Part shown: one piece after another, positions 10,820-24,999 of the stretch
Position numbering within the stretch: the stretch's first letter is position 1
How the letters are laid out: each line of letters begins with the position of its first letter
Origin: Eledone cirrhosa
Lineage: Eukaryota
Assembly: GCA_964016885.1 (NCBI GenBank)
Contig: OZ024742.1
Location: forward strand, 272,800,001-272,864,000
DNA: 64,000 nucleotides
Direction: 5' to 3'
Translations under genes and position numbers: made by a program
The notes under the pieces: generated by a model
What the model saw: only the letters and a program-made list of their open reading frames with translations
What the model was told of the DNA's origin: nothing
Databases searched by the model: none

Positions 10820-13800
10820 AATAATAATAATAATATTAATAATAATAATAATAATAATAATGATTTCTTTATTGGCCACAAGTGCTGACATCAAGAAAAA
10901 CATTACAGACGGCACAGGACGGTACAGGGCGGTACGATGTGGATTTTGTGCGTGTAAATATTTTTATTATTTATATTAGTAAAGAAAAAAAAGACATAAA
11001 AACATATATATATATATAAACAATAAAAATGAAAATTGAAACAAGGAAAAATTCCCCAATAGTGGGGAAACCTCCGAGGGTTACGCGTGGCGAAAACCAC
11101 ACAAAAGGCCACGGCCTCCCTGGATACCAGGGCAAGCGCCCTCTCTCAATTTTTCCATTTCTCAAACTACAGACGTATATTCAGAGCGGTCCCGTTCACT
11201 CGGACCATTCTAGCTACATTCACCCACCTTTCAACAAACTTGCTAGAAGGCAGCACTTGCCTCTCCACCCTGATTTTCCTCTTCAAGTGAAACTTGAAAA
11301 AGTTCATTAGGGATTCGCCGAAGAAGAAAGTGTCAGTCTTTAACCCTTTCTACCTTGTCCACCACACAATCTCTTTCGCCATGGACACGAGGCAGATGAA
11401 AACCGCCTGCACTTCCTCCTCGAAGGGAGACGGCGAGACCATCTGCACAATCGACTCAGTCGATAACCAGATCCGTCCTACACGCGACAGCAACTGTTCG
11501 ACATAGCTCCATAAGTCAGCAATGCTCGGGCACTGAACGAGTCCGTGCACGACGGTTTCGTCGCTCTGCGCGCATCTCGGACAGGTCGGCTGACGACACG
11601 TCCATGCATGTAGAGGTTATCTCGAACCGGCAGCGCTCCTCAGTAGCACTGCCAGGCCAGGGATTTTTGGCAGTTATCCATAGGCCATGGGCTGAAAGTT
11701 CTCCGGAAGAGAGCAAACAGCTGATCTTCTTCGACGCCCAGGATCTCTCCGAGAACGTCGTGGCTCTTCCCCTCCACTAGTCCTCTATAGAACGCCGAGG
11801 TTGATGTTCCACCGATACTGGTTCCCAGCTGGCAGAGGGCAGTGAGCGCCTGGAGACATTCCAGTTTCCAAGCGCTATCCCTCGGTCCTATTCTGACCCA
11901 GAACTCCAGCTCCGTCAAGGAGGCCAGCTGTGGGAAAACGTGCCTGGCGAACGGCGACCACATCTGTTCACCGTCAAGGAAGCACTAGAGATGTCGCATC
12001 CCCAGCGCATGTTTGCGCATCATCAGCCATTGCATGCCCAGTCCCCCACGCAACGGTATTGACAGCAGATGGATCGTCTGACCTTGGGAGCGCGTCCCTC
12101 CCACAAAAAGCGGAAGAGGAGGCGCTCCATTATGGTGAGAGTTGGGCCGGAGCAAGGGACGACGGTGAGGCGGTAGCAAATGACGGATGCGATGTACGCA
12201 TTCTCCCCCTCCGCCCGGCCTTTCAGAGACAGCTTCCTCTCGGCCCATTTCTGGGTGAAGGAGGCCACCCTGCTCGTCGCCTCGTTCCAGCTTTTCTCCA
12301 TCTGGAGGTCGGGTCCGAACCAGACTCCGAGCAATTTAATCGGTCAGTCCGTCCAACGCCCACGACGCTATCGGACGGCATGGATTTGCCGATTTGCAAG
12401 CCCACCGATTTTCCTGGTTTATCTTTGCTCCTGTCACCGTTTCGTATTCCTTGAGAGCGGTGCCGAGCATCTGAACGTGTCTGGTGCTCGACACCACCAC
12501 GGTGTCGTCGTCGGCGTAAACCGATCGGATTTCCCGCATCCTAGTTTGCGTGGGAGCCCCTCATCGCCCCCAGTTTGTGCAGTAACGGCTCGAGAGGCAA
12601 TACGTACAAGAGAGACGAGAGGGGACAAGCATGGCGGACTAAGCGCATGATGCTGAACGGCTGCGACAGGTGACCGTACACCCTCAAAACGGAGCAGATA
12701 TCGCTGTACATCGCTGGGATTCTACACCTGAAAAGGGGGCCCGAAACCGGCAGCCTCAAGGGCCGGCGCCAGGTACCGATGGTCGACCTACCGAATGCTT
12801 TGGATTGATCCAAGTTCATCAGAGCCCCACCCGTGCCAGGTTCCTTAACCACCCTCTCTATGATGTATCGCATGAGGTGGAGGTTGTCGTGTATGGATCT
12901 GTCCGGAATGGCGCATGTATGCGCCTCTCCCACCAGACACTTGACGACAAGCGCCAACCTCGTTGCTAACACCTTGGACAAAATATTGAACTCTGCGTTT
13001 AGCAGCGTTATGGGCCTGAAATAATCGAAAACAAGCCCCTTGTTGGGGTCTTTTCTCAGCAGCGCCACCGCTCCCCGGCTCACAAACCTTCGAATGCTCC
13101 CGTTCTGCTGCCAGATGCAGTAGACGTCTGCCAAGATGTCACCGAACAAGTCTGGTATAAATGCATAAAGTTCGTAGGGCAGACCATCCAAACCTGGCGA
13201 TTTACCCCTCGTGCAGTTAGCCATCTCTTCCCGTATTTCACCGGCTGTTATTGGCTTTTCGCAACACTGTGCTGCGGTCGTCGAGAGCCGAGGCAGTCCG
13301 TTGAGATATGCACCGAAGTCCATGCCCCGATCTGGGCCGCCGCTGCTCCCGAACAGTTCAGCAAAGTGCTGCTGAAAAGCTTCACACATCCGCTCGGGTT
13401 TCAGCATCACGCACTCGTTTTGATCAAACAAAGAGCGAATTGTGGCTTTGTTGCCACGTCGCGGCTCTGCCACCCGGGCCCATTGGAGGGCTTTTGTCCC
13501 TTAGTGTTTCAGAACAAGCGCTCTAGTTCTGACAAGGCGGCTTTCGTGTATGGCGTTGAAGAATTGGTCGAGTGCCAATCTCGCCGCAAGCACGTCGGTT
13601 GTGAAGCCTGTCCTAAACGCCTCTTCTAGCCTTCTAACTAGCTCTCCCTCTATTCTATTTTCCTCTATCACTACTCCTTTGCTAAACCTAATCGACAATA
13701 CTTTAATTGCCCTTTTCAGGGCGAACCACCACCTGTTGTTGACGACTTCTCCCGTCAACGCCCGCTTAACTAATACGCTAATCCGGTCTCTGTAGGCTTT

Positions 13801-14190
13801 GCGCGCCGGGAAAGACGCGTTCAGCTTCCAGTAATGGCCCTTGTTTAGGAAGTCTCTCTATGTCGATCTCACAGATCACAAATTTGTAGTACCTGTCAGA
13901 CAGTTCAAAACGCCTGAGCAGGTTGGTGAAGCTCTTGCACCCTCCTCCGCTATCCGCTATATCTCACACAGTCCCAGCGTGCATCTAAGATCCCGTTCCA
14001 GTCGCCCACTAACACTAAAGAGCGGGACGTTCCAAGAAAGGTCTCCAGACGCCGGAAGAAATCAGGCCGCCCTGCTCCTGTCGGGGCATAGACGGCCACT
14101 AGCCAGAAAGCTTGCCCGTCTCCGCTGGTCACGCCCAGCACCACCAACTTACCTTCTGGGTCCAGGAAGATGGCCCCCCTCTGTGTACAC
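10820..14190 (-). mobile_element. Tx1/L1-clade LINE ORF2 (APE endonuclease, RT, zinc knuckle), frameshifted, with 3' UTR and (ATT)n tail
   Basis: LVAVYAP..LVLVGDWN (APE); KSPGLDGLPYELY, FRPITLLN, SIHDNL, LDQSKAF, YADD (RT); CPRC..ET..H..C near 11530-11590; AATAAA at 10868-10873. Confidence 0.9.
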
Positions 14191-14949
14191 CATATAGAAC
14201 AGCCAAATAACAGCAATTTCACCTATACCACAAATCCACCTATCCCATCAACCCTATGTGTACACTAAATACAACAGCCAGATAACGGCAATATCACCAA
14301 CACCACGACCAATCCCAGCATAATAATAATAATTACTATTATTGTATCACGAGTTTTCTCAAAATGTTTAATTCAAATATTAAGGAAATATGTCAACACA
14401 TTTATTAAACATACGCGATAAACCGCATATATACAGAGATCAAACAAACGCATACTACTACAGTCTATTCAACAAAACTCAATAACGACAACGCCATCAC
14501 TATTGTCACCGCCGCCACCACTCCATCATTGCTACCACTATCCCATCACTATAGTCACCGCCGCCACCACTCCGTCATTGCTACCACTATCCCATCACCG
14601 CCGCTACCACTCCTTCATTGCTACCATCACTATTCCCCCACTGCCTTATGTTAACTTAAGAAAGGGGAAGGTGGCGGTATCACTAGACAAGGGAGAGGCT
14701 AGCAAAATATATAAATAGACTGACCATAGTGACCCGGTCAAACGTCAACGACTGTGGCAATGCTGGCTCTTCCCTTCCCCACCAACAATCGAAAAAGCCC
14801 CAGCACCACCACCGACATAGCCAACAACAATAACAGGCAACTTCAACAAAAAGTATATTATATTATTACTAATAATTTCATTCTTAAGCCAAGCAATGCT
14901 CACATTAAGGAACCACTCATGATAATAACAATTTAAAAAACAACAAAAA

Positions 14950-17900
14950 AGAAAACCCCGTGACCAAGAAATACCGGGATGGCCGCCGGCGGGGAATAGC
15001 CGTGTCTCTAGGGTAGGACGACCCCTCTAGTCTTGGTTGACACTCGTCCTAGAAGAGGTAACACGAAATGATTACCCCTTGGTGGTTAAGGATAAAACGC
15101 GACAAAATAAAGTAATCTCATACCGGATCGGCCGTCACCTGTCAAAAAGGGCCGCACTCGTCAGAGAGGAACCAGAGTGAGGTCGAAAAATCAGCTAATG
15201 GTTCAAACCTTCCCATCACTTAGGAGCTGGAGACCTCCCATAACCGGAATACTCCTACTGTTGTCCCTCCATGCTCACCACCAAGAAATCCAAAGTAAAA
15301 GAGAGAAAAATGGTCAAGGGAAGATAATAAAGAAGTTCTTGAGGCTTTCAACACGGCCATGTACTACCCATCAAATACATCGAATACAGAACAGACATAT
15401 ATCAACTGGAAAAAGAAACATCCCGAAAACAGAGGCTATATTGACAGTAACAAACTAGCCAATATACGAAGAAATATTGTTAAAAAAAAGTTACTTACTG
15501 ATATAGAAATTGATCAAATCAAGCTATTAGCACAAAGTCTGCGAAGGGAAAGTGAAACATGTGTCAGTGAAAACGAGGTAAATTGTAACACTTCGAATCC
15601 CAGGGTTGGGGCGTAATCAATGACAACAGCCCAAATTAAAGAAAGGATCGAAAAAGTGGAGAGAGTGCATGCTGATGATGTTACTCCAAATGAAAACAAT
15701 GAGATCGTAAATTATAAAGAAATGAATGAGAATAAACTTGCCAACTTGAAGGATGAAATTATTATCAAATGGATGAAAATGAAAGAATCTGACATGGGGG
15801 AACGAGACACTCTCCCTAAGATCCAGAACTACAAACAGAACGAAAAGATAATACACAAGACTAACATATTTCGCAAATACATTATCATCACAAACAAACT
15901 AAACATTACTGATTTAAATCATCTCTATTATGCATCGGCTAAAGTCACCACTCACTTATGTGGAGTGAAAATGACAAAACAAAGGAATTCCCACAAGAAA
16001 TCTACTTGGTGAGAGAGCATCAATCGCCAAATAAACCTTCTCCGATCTGACATAGAAATTTTAACAAACTACAAAGTAGGTGAACATGTTAAACAAGCTA
16101 AACTTAGAAAATTGAAAAGGAAATACAGTGTAAAATCAACAAGTGACAGACATGCTGATAGAAATAATCAAGCAAAAATTGTGGGCCAAAGTTGCTCGTA
16201 TAAGGCGCTTTGAAAAACGATCTAGATTCTATAAGGACAATAATTGTTTCTACTTGTTGGCACAAGGCCAGCAATTATTCCATTGTATACTGGTACTTTA
16301 TTTTATCGAACCCGTAAGGATAAAAGCAAATGTTAACCTCGGCGGGATTTGAACTCAGTCCGTAAAGGGACGTAGCTGTGCTGCAAAGCATGGCATCCGA
16401 CACTCTACCGATACTGCCAATCAACTGCCTATCCAATGCCATCCATCTATAAGGACAATAATATGTTCAAAAACAACCAAAGAAAATTCTACAGAATAAT
16501 TGGTAAGTCAACAATAACTGCTAAATTAATACCACCCAAGGAGCAAGTGCAAGAATTCTGGGAAAATATCTGGTCCGATGACATAGTTCATAATGTACAT
16601 GCCCCATGGATAGACAGAAATATGAAAGATACAGCTGACCTTCAGGAACCAATATGGGAAAATACAACAGTTGAACAGTTGCGTTTGGTTCTTAGAAAAA
16701 CCAGCAAATGGAAATCCCCATGAAAAGACAATATACCAACTTTTTGGATAAATGCCTTCACAGAGTATCATGAGCTGTTAGCCCAACTTTACAATGAAAT
16801 AGTTAATGAGCCAGAAAAGATACCATCATGGCTAGTTAACGGCATTACATTGCTACTTCCGAAGAATGATGAGACAAACAATACCAAAAATTACAGACCG
16901 CTAACTTGCTTGACCACAATGTATAACATTTTAACATCAGTCTTAACTGAATATACATATGACCACCTTATAACAAATGATCTATTTGCCAATGAGCAGA
17001 AAGGGTGTAAACGAGGCTCGTATGTCTGTAAGGATCAACTTTTGGTTAACAAAATGATACTGGAAGATTGTCATAATAGACACAAAAATCTATCAATTGT
17101 TGGATAGATTATAAAAAAGCATTCGATAGTTTGCCACACAGTTGGATAGAAAAATGTTTAGAGATTTTCAAAATAACTCCCGTTGTCAGGAGGTTCCTGT
17201 CATTCAGTATGAAGACATGGAAAACGACACTCCTTTTGAATAGTGAAAACAAATCAGTGGAAGCTGGAGAAGTTAATATTAATTGTGAAATTTTTGAGGG
17301 TGACTCTTTATCACCGCTTTTATTTTGCATCGCACTTATACCATTAAGTAAAATGCTCAATGAAACAAAATATGGATTTAAAGTCTATGACAAAACCATT
17401 AATCACTTGTCCTACATGGATGACCTGAAACTATTAGCAAAAAAATGATGAACAATTACAAGGGTTATTATCCACTGTGGAGCAGTTCAGTGATGACATA
17501 AAATGGAATTTGGACAAGATAAATGCGCCAAAGGAACGTTCACCAGAGGAAAGCTGCTGAAAAGTTCAGACATTAATCTTGATCGGGGGAATGTGATAAG
17601 AGAACTTGATCAAGAGCAAACTTTAACATATCTAGGTGTTTGTGAAGGTGACGGAATAAAGCACTCGACAATAAAGGAAAGGATAAAAAAGGAATGTTAC
17701 CGCAGAGTAAGTGCAATCTTAAGAACGGAATTGGATGCAAGGAATGGGATCTATGCCATAAACACGCTTGCCATACCAGTAGTCACTTCTAGTTTCTGTC
17801 ATGAACTGGTCAAGCACAGAGATCCGTAGGCTCGATACAAAAATTAGAAAATTCTTAACCATGCACAGAATGCATCACCCTAAGGCAGATACAGATTGAA

Positions 17901-19090
17901 TATATCTCCCTAGGAAAGAAGGCGGACGTGGGTTAATCCAGTTAGATATTGCGTTGAAAACTGCAACAATTGGATTATCTACATATCTAAGGGAATCACA
18001 TGATTGGATGATAAAACTCGTTTTGAAACACAAAAGCATCAAAAGAACATACACCATTACAAATGATGCACAAAGATACATTAATGGACTACAAATTTCA
18101 GAAGTTCGATTTATTGCTGAAATGAAAAACACAGAAAAAGCAAAACAGGTAAAAGTAACTACAAAGAAAGAACTGCTACAACAACAGGCTAAGAAATGGC
18201 AAGAAAAGCCTCTGTATGCAAAATACCCAGAAAGAGCTAACAATCCTGAAGTTGACAAAACTCTAACACATCAGTGGTTGGCATCCTCTGGACTGAAAAC
18301 GGAGACGGAAGGACTAATTATATCAGCACAAGATCAGTCTCTGCCAACAGAAAATTACCAAGCCAACATAATAAAAAATGGATGCAACCCAGTATGCCGT
18401 TTATGTAAAAAACCACCAGAGACCATTGATCATATAATTTCAATGTGCAGTCCTATAGCTCCAACCGAATACCTAAACAGGCATGACAGAGCTGCACAAT
18501 ACATACATTGGATAATGTGTAAGTATGTTGACCTGCCCCATCAAAAGAATTGGTGGGAGCATCAACCACCTCCCATACTTTAAAAAGATCACATCTCAAT
18601 CTTGTGGAACTTTAGCATCCAAACAGACCGAAAAATAGATGCAAATAGACCTGATATAATACTGAAGGACTTTAAAAAGAGGATAATTGATATGTCCGTT
18701 CTAATAGACAAGAATGTATCTATAAAAACATTTGAAAAAGTGAGCAAGTATAAGGACCTGGAGATAGAAGTTGGAAAAATGTGGAAATTGAGGACTAAAA
18801 CAATACCAGTAGTTGTAGGCGCTCTAGGAATGATACCTAAAGGGTCTAATGATTACTTATCGCAAATCCCAGGAAACCCGCGTATAGGAGAAATACAAAA
18901 GATAGTACTAATGGAAACTGCCCATATACTAAGGAAGATTCTCTCAATATAAGTGCATCACAAGACTAAACACCTAAATATGCATGTGTGTGTATGTATG
19001 TTCTTTCTTGAACATGGCGGACGTTGTTGTCTCTTAATGTCACTGGTTGTGACTCAGTGAACAAAAAGCAAGATAAATGCAACTGTAATA
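14950..19090 (+). mobile_element. Near full-length R4/Dong-clade LINE (RT plus restriction-like endonuclease), inactivated
   Basis: NYRPLTCLTTMY, EQKGC..CKDQLL, HLSYMDDLKL, ETEGLIISAQDQSL, CRLC..ETIDHIISMC, RHD, NRPDI, KYKDL, IPVVVGALG; (TAA)n tail; several stops and frameshifts. Confidence 0.92.
16245..16445 (-). mobile_element. SINE inserted into the Dong ORF with a 17-bp target-site duplication
   Basis: TSD tctataaggacaataat at 16228-16244 and 16446-16462. Confidence 0.92.
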
Positions 19091-19094
19091 ATAA

Positions 19095-19272
19095 GTTTCT
19101 ACGTTAGGCACAAGGCCAGCAATTAACCAGTGCATTACTGGTACTTTACTTTATAGACCCCGTCTATGAAAGGCAAAGTTAACCTTGGCGGGATTTGAAC
19201 TCAGAATGGCAAGGGCCGTAACACTATACGTCAAAGAATGGCGTCCTAGCCTCTACCAATACTGCCAATCCA
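19095..19272 (-). mobile_element. SINE inserted in the Dong tail, ~15-bp TSD
   Basis: caactgtaataataa at 19080 and 19273. Confidence 0.9.
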
Positions 19273-19292
19273 CAACTGTAATAATAATAATA

Positions 19293-19705
19293 ACGCAATA
19301 GGCCTGACCTGGTGGTTTTGGACAAGGAAATAAGATCGTGCCTGATTGTAGATGTAGCCTGCCCATTTGACACGAGAGTGCAAGAAAAGGAGAGGGAGAA
19401 AATTAACCTATACCAGGATTTAAAATGCGAGTTTAAAATGATTTAGAACTGCTGTGAAATCAAGTTTGTCCCGATGTTCATAGGCGCACTAGGTACTATC
19501 TCAAAGAGTTTCCAAGGATGGTTAAAGAAGATTAGTCCAGCCGACCTTTTTGGAACACTTCAAAAGGGATGTTTGATGGGAACAGCATGAACCCTCCGAT
19601 ACGTTCTGAATATCTGAGGCTGCAGCTAGCGGCTTGATATTCATTTCAACAAACTTTCCAGTCAAATAATATCAATGACTGAGACTCAAAGAACAATAAT
19701 AATAA
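19293..19705 (+). mobile_element. 3' fragment of a second R4/Dong subfamily
   Basis: NRPDLVV..IVDVACPFD..YQDLK..IGALG. The 3' UTR matches 60790-60880 and 63450-63480. Confidence 0.8.
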
Positions 19706-19888
19706 CAATAATTGTTTCTACTTAAGGCACAAGGCCAGCAATTACCCAGTGCATTACTGGTACTTTATTTTATCGACCTCGTAAGGATGAAAAGCAAAGT
19801 CAACCTCGGCGGGATTTGAACTCAGATCGTAAAGGGACGTAACTATGCTGGAAAGCATGGTGTCCGACCCTCTACCGATACTGCCAAT
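19706..19888 (-). mobile_element. tRNA-derived SINE
   Basis: Consensus match, set in an (AAT)n context. Confidence 0.9.
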
Positions 19889-21958
19889 AATAACAATAAT
19901 AGTGATATTCATGAATTTCAACGTTTTATTATTATTTGTATTTTGTTTTTATATCGGAAGTGAAATTGACTGACTGTCAAATTACCGGAAGTCAAAATAT
20001 CGAGGGTGAAATAACCTGTCAAATTACCTAGAACCGTTATTCAGATAGTGAAACTAAATTTAACCAATGGGAAGGACGTGAATGCTATTGATCCTGTGAA
20101 TTCGTTCCTTCTATATCATTGCTATTGGTGCTTTGAGAAAACAATACAAAATTTAAGCGCTAAGTATATAAAATAACAGAAGTAAGCTTTATTCCATTGT
20201 TGTGTTTTTCTGTTCTTTTTTTGGGGTTCAAATTCTCTGGTGTTTGATGAGGCCATAACTGTTGCATAATGATAATCAGCGAAATATAAATAACAGCAAC
20301 AAAACGAAGTCAATTTTAACTTGTTGACTTACACTTCTTGTTTTTAATTATTCCGGAGAAAACAAAACCACCTGCGCTCTTTGTTGAACGATCTACACTT
20401 CATACTTAAGTATCGTTAATTAACCAACACATACTCGAATTAATATAGATTAATGAGTGTTTGTGTGTGCACGGGTGCATGTGTCTGCATGTGTCTGCAT
20501 GTGTGTATATGTGTGCGTATGTGTTTGTATGCATCTGGATGCATGTACATCTGCGCATTCTTCTGTGTTCGTGTGTATATTTAGTTCAAATTGGTGATAT
20601 ATAGATAATTTAAACTAGTGCTATTTTCAAAACATTCATAACTCATGTAATAATACGATTAGACCGAAATACGAAACTCTCTGAACACCTAAGGAAATAA
20701 GTCGTGTTCTAATGAACATATAAAAAGATTGTTAACAAATAATTACACAGACAACAAAAAGAGGATCCCATATATACAGAAACATACTGGAGCTCTGTCA
20801 AATCCTGTAACATATCTCACACGACGCTCTATCAAATTTGCCAAACCATTAATTTAGATTATTTAACGTTATGGGGAATTTACCATTCTAAACATTTACT
20901 AAATCTATATTGAAGTAGTTTATTACTAGTTACTATGGTATATGTTTTGTAATATAATTTTCTTGCTCTCCTCTACCATTACAAGACCTTCATCTTCCAA
21001 TACACATTTTATCTGGTTTTTCTATTTTTCTTTCTATTTTTGCTGTATGATAGATACTTCCCGTCTTTCACTCAAAACACATCCACTGATATCGTGAATG
21101 ACGATTCCACAAAACTCTTACACACAATCGTGTCTGAGAAAGTAAAAAGATAAATGAAAGGATATGGCAAAATAAAGTCTGATAAAAGAGAGCGAAATAT
21201 CTGTTGTAAGGTGAGTCTTTAAATCTGAAATTATGGAATGCACTATTGTTCTCAACAATATTCGAACTCACAATTAAAGGTGGTGAAAGAGATTTGTTTT
21301 GATTATTCCAAGTTTCGACCAACTTTTGGAAATATCATATATTTTCCTTTTTTTATCTTAAGATCTGAAACCTTATACATTTCCCTGTTTGCATTTTGTC
21401 AAATAAACGACTGCTTCAAATTCAATAATTTCTCTTCGTAAGCAAATATGAACTACTCATTGCAACTCTATGCAATGTCCGACTTAATAATAATATATAG
21501 AATGACTCCATTGACAAGCAATGCGCCAGGCAGAATTCATTACACAAGAAAACACAATAAAGAAGTCAAACCAATGTAAATTGGTAAAGATAAACATAAA
21601 ATATACGAACAAAAACCAATTTCGTAGGTAAACGTATTGTCAATAGAAATGACAGTTGAGGAATTCTAAATATTTATGCTTGCTTTCATTTTCAGGACTT
21701 ATTTTTAAGCGACAGGTTATATTTTGCTAAAGTGAAACCCGTATTAGCCAAAAGCTATCAATTTATATACATAAGAATACAGTTGTGTTCTTCGATATTG
21801 GTTTTAAGGGAAATCACTACTATGCCTTTCAAATATAGAATAGTTTAAGTAGATAAATATTTGTATAAGTCAGTGTTGTATTAATGGATCACTATTCATG
21901 TAGGCAAGAAGTGGACAGTTAGCGTAGTATAAAATAGTGGTATATATATACATATATT

Positions 21959-22019
<61 letters not shown>

Positions 22020-23559
22020 ATGTGGTATATATATATATATATACGGTGGATATGTGTGTGTGCGTATTTCTTATTTCTGTGTGTGTGTAAGGATCTACAT
22101 ATGTTTTTATTTACATGAAGTCATTCAAACATACAGGCACACACACGCATGCACATATGTAGGTATATATATATATGTGTGTTTAATTTGTGAGTGCATG
22201 TGAGTGATTTTTGGAGGGGTTTTATGTACAAACACACAGAGAAAAAAGTCAAGTATTAAATGAAGTGTCTCTCTACAAGTAAAGAACAACGCATTGACTA
22301 GAACGTTAGTGATCTAAAATGCTTCGGCTGGCTGCAATAGATTCTTAATATACATGATTCTGGCTTGTGCGATATAGTTGTTCAAATGTAGATGGCATTT
22401 TCTTATCATTGAATACTTTGGTGCATCTCAGTTGAATAATCTAGTGAAATATGGAGTGTGGCGTAATGCTAATTGGTTCATAATATTATTTTATTTCCTT
22501 GTGATTTGGGTGAATTGGGAGAAGCTGATTGTGACACTTATGCTTTGAAAACCTTCCGACATAAATTAAGGAAAGCGGAGTATTAAATAGAACGCTTATG
22601 AAAACATGCAGAATCCAACAATGATGTTGGCATTCGTCGCTCAAATTATGTTCAACAATTTGCGCATATTAATACATTAAATTAATAAATCATCTGGTTG
22701 TTAATTTAATTGTTTTTATGCTTGGTTCTTATTATAATTTGGCGTGTTTTAGTATATAGGGTTAATAATTGTATTGTCACTTTGTTAGCAAAATGAATAA
22801 ATGAGTCAACGGTGAAATATTACATGAAATATTGTTTAAAAAATATTGTCTATTAAACAATCCAAACAAATTTCATGCAACAATGAATATTTTACTTCTT
22901 TGTTTTTCAAAGAATATCAATTGATAATGATTTTAAAATCTTCTGCAGTAATTTAAGTTAGCTAAAAGGAAAAATATATGATTATAAGCATTAATATTAT
23001 TATTGAAATTTCGTTTTTCAGGCAGGGAATCAAGGTGCTTTCAATGTTAATGATTATTTCAAGTTTAGCAAAATTGTAGGAATCATGTTCTGCAGAGGCT
23101 AAATACGCATACGTTAACATACACATTTTAGTGTTTGGAAGTATACTTCACAATATGGATGTAAATAACACAGCTACAAGGAAACATTTGCGTGTATTAA
23201 AGCACAGAGCTACGTATTCATAGTTACCAACCGAGCAGCAGATTCACATTGTCTTTAAACGATTATAGAGACAATTTATGTAGAGAATGTTAGTAATGTG
23301 TTGTGATATCGTAACATGTAAATGAACAAATAGATTCAGTCTAACCCACGGGCATTTTACGCATACATATATTATACTTACGCACACACACACATACACT
23401 TAAATAAGTATATATATATATATATATGATGGCTGCAATCTCTGCTCAGTGTATAACAATAGCTTATCAGATTACAGAGTTTGGTGCACATTTTTTAGGC
23501 TACGGCCAGCGATATGAAAATGTAGCATATTCTGAACAAGCAATATCTGCGCTTCGAAG

Positions 23560-23960
23560 GTTTTTTAAGTGGGGAAAGGCCTTGTTCTTGACCAATCCCA
23601 CTCTCTAAGCATCGATAACACTACTCGTAAAGGAAAACAGGTCAACACCATCGCATGCTTCAAAAGCTGCATGTATTGTTTTTATAGTATTCCTCTCCTA
23701 GAAAGGTGTTGATACAACACCTGGGTGTCTTTCACTCCCAGGTAACAAAAAATCCAAAAGTAATATTTGGATAGCCGTTGACTCTGCTGAGTTCCTTCCC
23801 CCCTATGCCAGGTCTTGTATTTTATCCCACAGTTGTCTAAATATCACCCTCCTCACCAAGGAAGCTTGGTAGGGTTGCTGGTTTAGTCATCGACGACCCG
23901 AGCATGAGACAGGTTGTACTGGGTTACATGTTACCAGTAGCACTCGAGCGCGACACACAT
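23560..23960 (-). mobile_element. Probable RTE-related non-autonomous / 5' UTR remnant
   Basis: Minus-strand motif caacacctttctagggagaggaa resembles RTE 5' UTR motifs. ggtttagtcaNcgac is shared with about 29690. Confidence 0.3.
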
Positions 23961-24015
23961 ATATACAGACACACATACATAACTATAAACATGCATATAT
24001 AAAGATATGCGTACA

Positions 24016-24530
24016 TCTTCGTCTTCCTCTCTTCTTCGCCCATTTATTCCTAAGAGGCTCGTAAGGGCAGAGTTCTTAAAAACACCTTTCAGCCGGTCTT
24101 GTCGGACGGAACCGTCTCTAGCTAATCTGACTGGATCCCCATGCTAGAGCAGCCAAATTTATAGACGTTATCCAACCATCTTGATCGAGGTATACCCTGG
24201 GGCACCTGCCGGTTGATTGTTATGGTAAAATCTATCTAACGATCCTTTCTTGGTACATTCTAAGCATATGTCCGTTTTATCAGAGTTGTGATCTCCCAAT
24301 TCGGAGAACCACTCTCTGATCCCCACGCTACGGACTCTATCGCAGGAATCTCATTTCGGCCGCTTGCATTCGTGATCCTTTTCCTACGGTGTTTACGCAA
24401 GATTCAAGACAGTAGGTAAGAATTGGCACAATTACCGGTTTGATGATAGTGAGTTTGGATTTTACACAAACCTCCCTTCTGATTACCGAATGCTGAACCG
24501 GCTCCTGCATTTCTGGCACATAATACAGCA
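24016..24530 (-). mobile_element. RTE-clade LINE 3' fragment with (GAA)n-like tail
   Basis: KPVIVPILTYCLES..MQAAEMRFLR. Homologous to 51428-52060. Confidence 0.75.
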
Positions 24531-24747
24531 TGCTATTTGAAGACTCGTAGACAGGGCCTGAAATTAACTTAATTTCTCCAGATGCTTGAGTGGAACTCCA
24601 TTCACCTGTAGAGTGCAGGGTTGTGGCTTTCTTGAGAGGACGAATGTCTCGGGATTTGTAGCACTGATGTACATTCCACTCATGCAGCACTGGGAATCTA
24701 ACATATCAGGTACATGTCGAAGACCATTTTCTGATGAATTTAGTAAT

Positions 24748-24925
24748 ATAATTGTTTCTACTTTAGGCCAGCAATTTCCCAGTCCATTACTGGTACTTTA
24801 ATTTATCGATCCCGTAAGGATGAAAGGCAAAGTAAACCTCGGCGGGATGTGAACTCAGACCGTAAAGGGACGTAACTATGCTGGAAAGCATGGCGTCCGA
24901 CACTCTACCGATACTGCCAATCCAA
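24748..24925 (-). mobile_element. tRNA-derived SINE
   Basis: Consensus match. Confidence 0.9.
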
Positions 24926-24999
24926 TATAATTTATATAAATACCCACAGATGTCCACTTTAGTTTCAAATGATTGCAATTCCTAGTGAGAGTCAGTTAC

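Noticed and set aside
10153-13795. Long plus-strand ORFs in the GC-rich block
   Set aside because: Antisense shadows of the minus-strand Tx1 ORF2.
15001-15090. Twister ribozyme reading of the Dong 5' UTR (taacac, aggg, cccc)
   Set aside because: Spacing and the conserved L4/pseudoknot residues do not fit; an HDV-like topology fits better.
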